The translations under genes and the position numbers were made by a program. Of a stretch of 64,000 bases of DNA, positions 61,376 through 64,000 are shown one piece after another. The notes beneath the pieces were generated by a model that had not been told where the DNA came from, searched no databases, and saw only the letters and a list, made by a program, of their open reading frames with translations. The DNA is from Candidatus Marinacidobacterales bacterium (GTDB lineage Bacteria > Acidobacteriota > Vicinamibacteria > Marinacidobacterales > DATDRI01), in the NCBI GenBank assembly GCA_965219415.1, contig CBDCNP010000002.1:480001-544000 (forward strand). Direction: 5' to 3'. Each line of letters starts with the position of its first letter. The first letter of the stretch is position 1.

Positions 61376-62173
61376 TCAAGCAGCACGACTCTCCAAGTGG
61401 CTCAGAATGGTCGCGGCGGCTTGGTCGGCTTCGCCACGAGACCCTTTCAGCACCGGCACCGAGTCGATGGCGCACTTCAAGGTGGCCAGTGCAAACTCCG
61501 GCCGCAAGCGGGCAACGACCGTGTTGGCCAGAAGTGCGAGCATGGGGGGACGTGCGCCAACGGTTCCGCCAATATCTTGGATCTCGACTCTTCTCGCCTG
61601 ACCGTCGCCCTCTCTAAGGGAAAGCGCTCTGGGATAAGGATGGGCGCGACCCTTCGCATCCAGTACCGCGAACTCATCGGAATAGTAGCTGGCGCCGGCT
61701 CGAACGAGCGCCTCGACGAGGGTGCTCTTCCCACTGAAGGAACGTCCAGGAATGAGAATCGCACGATTTCGCCAGCCGACGACCCCCGCGTGAACGAACA
61801 ATCGGTTCTTGGCTTGTAGCGCAACGGTGATCTGAAGATCCGATTCGAGCCCCTGCATCACCTGCTGCAAGTTTAGGCTGCGCGCCACTCGTCTGCTGTC
61901 GGAGTACAACAGGTTGTACCGGCGAATTCGCGACTTGCCGTTCGTTCCGCCGATGCGAAGAGAGTACAAGTAGTCGACCAGGGGCGATGTCGACGGCTTC
62001 CAACCTGGCGGCAGAGCCTTCGCAAACTCTTCGGGAACTTCCTTTTTGTTCACGCGGATGCCGAAGCGAACGCCGTACGCGCGAAAGGCCGTGCCACCCG
62101 CCCACCCGAGGCGGTCAAGCTTCTGCAGTCACGTAGACGGTTCTTTGAGTCTGGGCACGAAAGAAGCTAGCAC
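61376..62173 (-). CDS. HPr kinase-like P-loop protein with an in-frame TGA at codon 15
   Basis: FVHAGVV, GRSFSGKST, YYSDE motifs. GAGGAG RBS and GTG at 62173, TGA at 62129-62131, then LQKLDRLGWAGG in the same frame as the 61376-62053 ORF. Confidence 0.7.
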
Positions 62174-62396
62174 CAGTCGTCTCCTCTCATCGGTTCATCT
62201 CGTCGTCAATTTGTTGTGGAAGATGCGCGCAAGTTAGAGCCGGCCGCGTTTGACAGCCAGGGCTTTGGCTTTTCTAAACGCTGACTGAAAAGTTGTATCT
62301 GAAAGTATATCAGTAGGTTAACAAAAGCGACCCGGCGTGCGCAACCGGCGCCGTAGACTTCCGAAGGAGATGGCCAGAGAGGCGACACGACCTTTT

Positions 62397-62780
62397 TCAC
62401 GACCCCATCGTTTCGTACTCCAAGACGCCGGTGTGCATGGTCATCTTCCAGTTGGGCCCGACCCTGGAGTAGACCTTGCACACTCGGCCCTTCCAATGAT
62501 TGAGGCGACCTTCACCGTCGATCCACAGGGTATCGATGTCGACCACTGCGAAGGCGCCATCGCCCTCTTGGGAGACCTCTATCTTCTTAATCTCTCTCTT
62601 GTTGTGAGACAGCCGATGGGTATCGAACAAACTCTGCCATCCCTTTCGCCACCGCTCGACGTCGTACCGACCTTGTTCCAGGATCCAGTCCATCGGATCG
62701 TGCGCTTGAGCCGTTGGAGGCCATGGCCAAACCATATCGGGATGGAAGACGGACAGGAGCAGGTCGACGTCCTGGGTATC
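62397..62780 (-). pseudogene. NTF2-like hypothetical gene, 5' end cut off by IS256
   Basis: The frame extends upstream of the track ATG as DTQDVDLLLSVFHPDMVWPWPP up to the IS terminus at 62781. Confidence 0.7.
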
Positions 62781-64000
62781 GAGTTATAACCAGAAGTTGT
62801 GGATCGCCTGAATGAGAAAGGCGGCGTATCCTTCCATGTAAGACAAAGGCCAAACCGGTTTTAGCGAACCGGAGGAAGGAAACGCCACCGATGCTGAGGA
62901 TACAAGATCCACCGAAGGAAACGAAACATGAGGAAGTCGGGACTGCGCTCGATGAGCTGGCTCGTGAGGGGGCGCGTCGAATGTTGATGACGGCGCTGGA
63001 GGAGGAAGTCGGAGACTACATCGAAAGCCACTCTCCGGAACGAGACGAGAACGGACACGCGAGCGTAGTCCGCAACGGTCGAGCTCGAGCCCGCAAAGTG
63101 ACGATGGGCTGCGGAACGATGGAAGTCGAGGCGCCGCGAGTCAACGACAAGCGGGTGATCGATGGAGAACGTCAGCGCTTCACGAGCAGCATCTTACCTC
63201 CGTATATGCGTCGCTCCCCGAAGGTGAGTGAGGTTTTGCCGTTGCTGTACTTGCGCGGATTGTCGACGAACGATTTCGGGCCTGCGCTGAAGGAGCTGCT
63301 GGGCGAGGAGGCTTCGGGGCTTTCGTCGACGGCGATCACGAGGCTGACGGCGAAATGGCAGTCGGAGTACGAAGAGTTTCGGAAACGAGACTTGAGCCGC
63401 GAGGATTACGCGTACATCTGGGTCGACGGCGTTCACTTCAATGTTCGTCTCGAAGACGACAGGCTTTGCACCCTTGTCGTTCTTGGTGTTCGGGCGGATG
63501 GGACGAAGGAGCTGCTCGCGGTGGAGGACGGTTATCGAGAGAGCGAGGAGAGCTGGGCGTACGTGCTGAGGGAACTAGATCGCCGCGGGATGAAACCTCC
63601 TCTTCTCGCCATCGGAGACGGCGCCTTGGGATTCTGGGCTGCGGTTCGAAACGTATGGCCGGAAACCCGTCACCAGTTGTGCTGCGTTCACAAGACAAAA
63701 AACGTCCTCGACAAGCTACCGAGGCGTCTTCATGGCCGTGTGAAGAGCGCCCTGAACGAGATCGTCAAGGCTGAGACCAGGGAGCAGGCGGAAGAAGCTC
63801 TTGAGCGGTTCGAATCGGACTACGGGGCCAAGTACCCCAAGGCTGTCGCATCCCTGACCAAGCACCAGGACAAACTCCTGACGTTCTACGATTTCCCCGC
63901 CGAGCACTGGGAGCACATCCGAACCGCCAACCCCATCGAGTCGGCGTTCGCCACGGTGCGACTCCGGCAGAGAGTTACCAAGGGAGCAGGCTCCCGTTCG
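62781..64000 (+). mobile_element. IS256-family insertion sequence; right end outside the window
   Basis: Probable left end GAGTTATAACCAGAAGTTGTGGATC followed by the transposase gene. Confidence 0.88.
62891..64000 (+). CDS. IS256-family (Mutator-like DDE) transposase, partial
   Basis: LDELAREGARRML, VVRNG, LPPYMRRSPKV, LYLRGLSTNDF, YIWVDG, AIGDGALGFW, HIRTANPIESAFATVR; no stop in the window. Confidence 0.95.
   Translation, partial: MLRIQDPPKETKHEEVGTALDELAREGARRMLMTALEEEVGDYIESHSPERDENGHASVVRNGRARARKVTMGCGTMEVEAPRVNDKRVIDGERQRFTSSILPPYMRRSPKVSEVLPLLYLRGLSTNDFGPALKELLGEEASGLSSTAITRLTAKWQSEYEEFRKRDLSREDYAYIWVDGVHFNVRLEDDRLCTLVVLGVRADGTKELLAVEDGYRESEESWAYVLRELDRRGMKPPLLAIGDGALGFWAAVRNVWPETRHQLCCVHKTKNVLDKLPRRLHGRVKSALNEIVKAETREQAEEALERFESDYGAKYPKAVASLTKHQDKLLTFYDFPAEHWEHIRTANPIESAFATVRLRQRVTKGAGSRS

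Noticed and set aside
62199-62222. Second IS256 terminal-repeat remnant (CGTCAATTTGTTGTGGA)
   Set aside because: Only about 8 bp match the IS end at 62781, which is too weak to call.

Overview
A GC-rich bacterial chromosomal segment. An Oar-type TonB-dependent receptor, a GWxTD protein, DUF222-like/HNH genes and wHTH-TolB genes suggest Acidobacteriota (inference). 1-14.3 kb is a catabolic/uptake cluster: TonB receptor, alpha/beta hydrolase, SnoaL protein, hydantoinase/oxoprolinase B and A, an NCS1 permease and three RNase Z-like metallo-beta-lactamases (two with Tat signals). It is interrupted by an XRE/DUF6036 toxin-antitoxin-like pair with a four-site operator array. 14.3-20.1 kb is a scrambled locus: two wHTH-beta-propeller paralogs and an HNH gene are cut and rejoined in shuffled order and orientation, and three breakpoints fall directly after CT. 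20-40 kb holds an SDR, an amidohydrolase, tandem 2Fe-2S/molybdopterin oxidoreductases with an unusual SCRC active-site loop, an FAD subunit, the GWxTD protein, an RdhA/QueG-like protein, a selenocysteine peroxiredoxin with a SECIS, an SSS transporter, an ALDH, a DMT transporter and two Tat-signal aminotransferases. 40-59 kb holds ilvBNC, ilvD and leuB (with a likely attenuator) around an HlyD-like gene, a C39-peptidase ABC exporter, a second ABC exporter and an unannotated 17-aa peptide gene (MKVKTSIKAG-PSIRRGR). 59-64 kb holds a TPR histidine kinase, an HPr-kinase-like gene and an IS256 that disrupts a gene. Many short frameshifts suggest uncorrected sequencing indels and/or decay. No rRNA, tRNA or CRISPR array was seen. 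All product calls come from motif recognition, not database searches.
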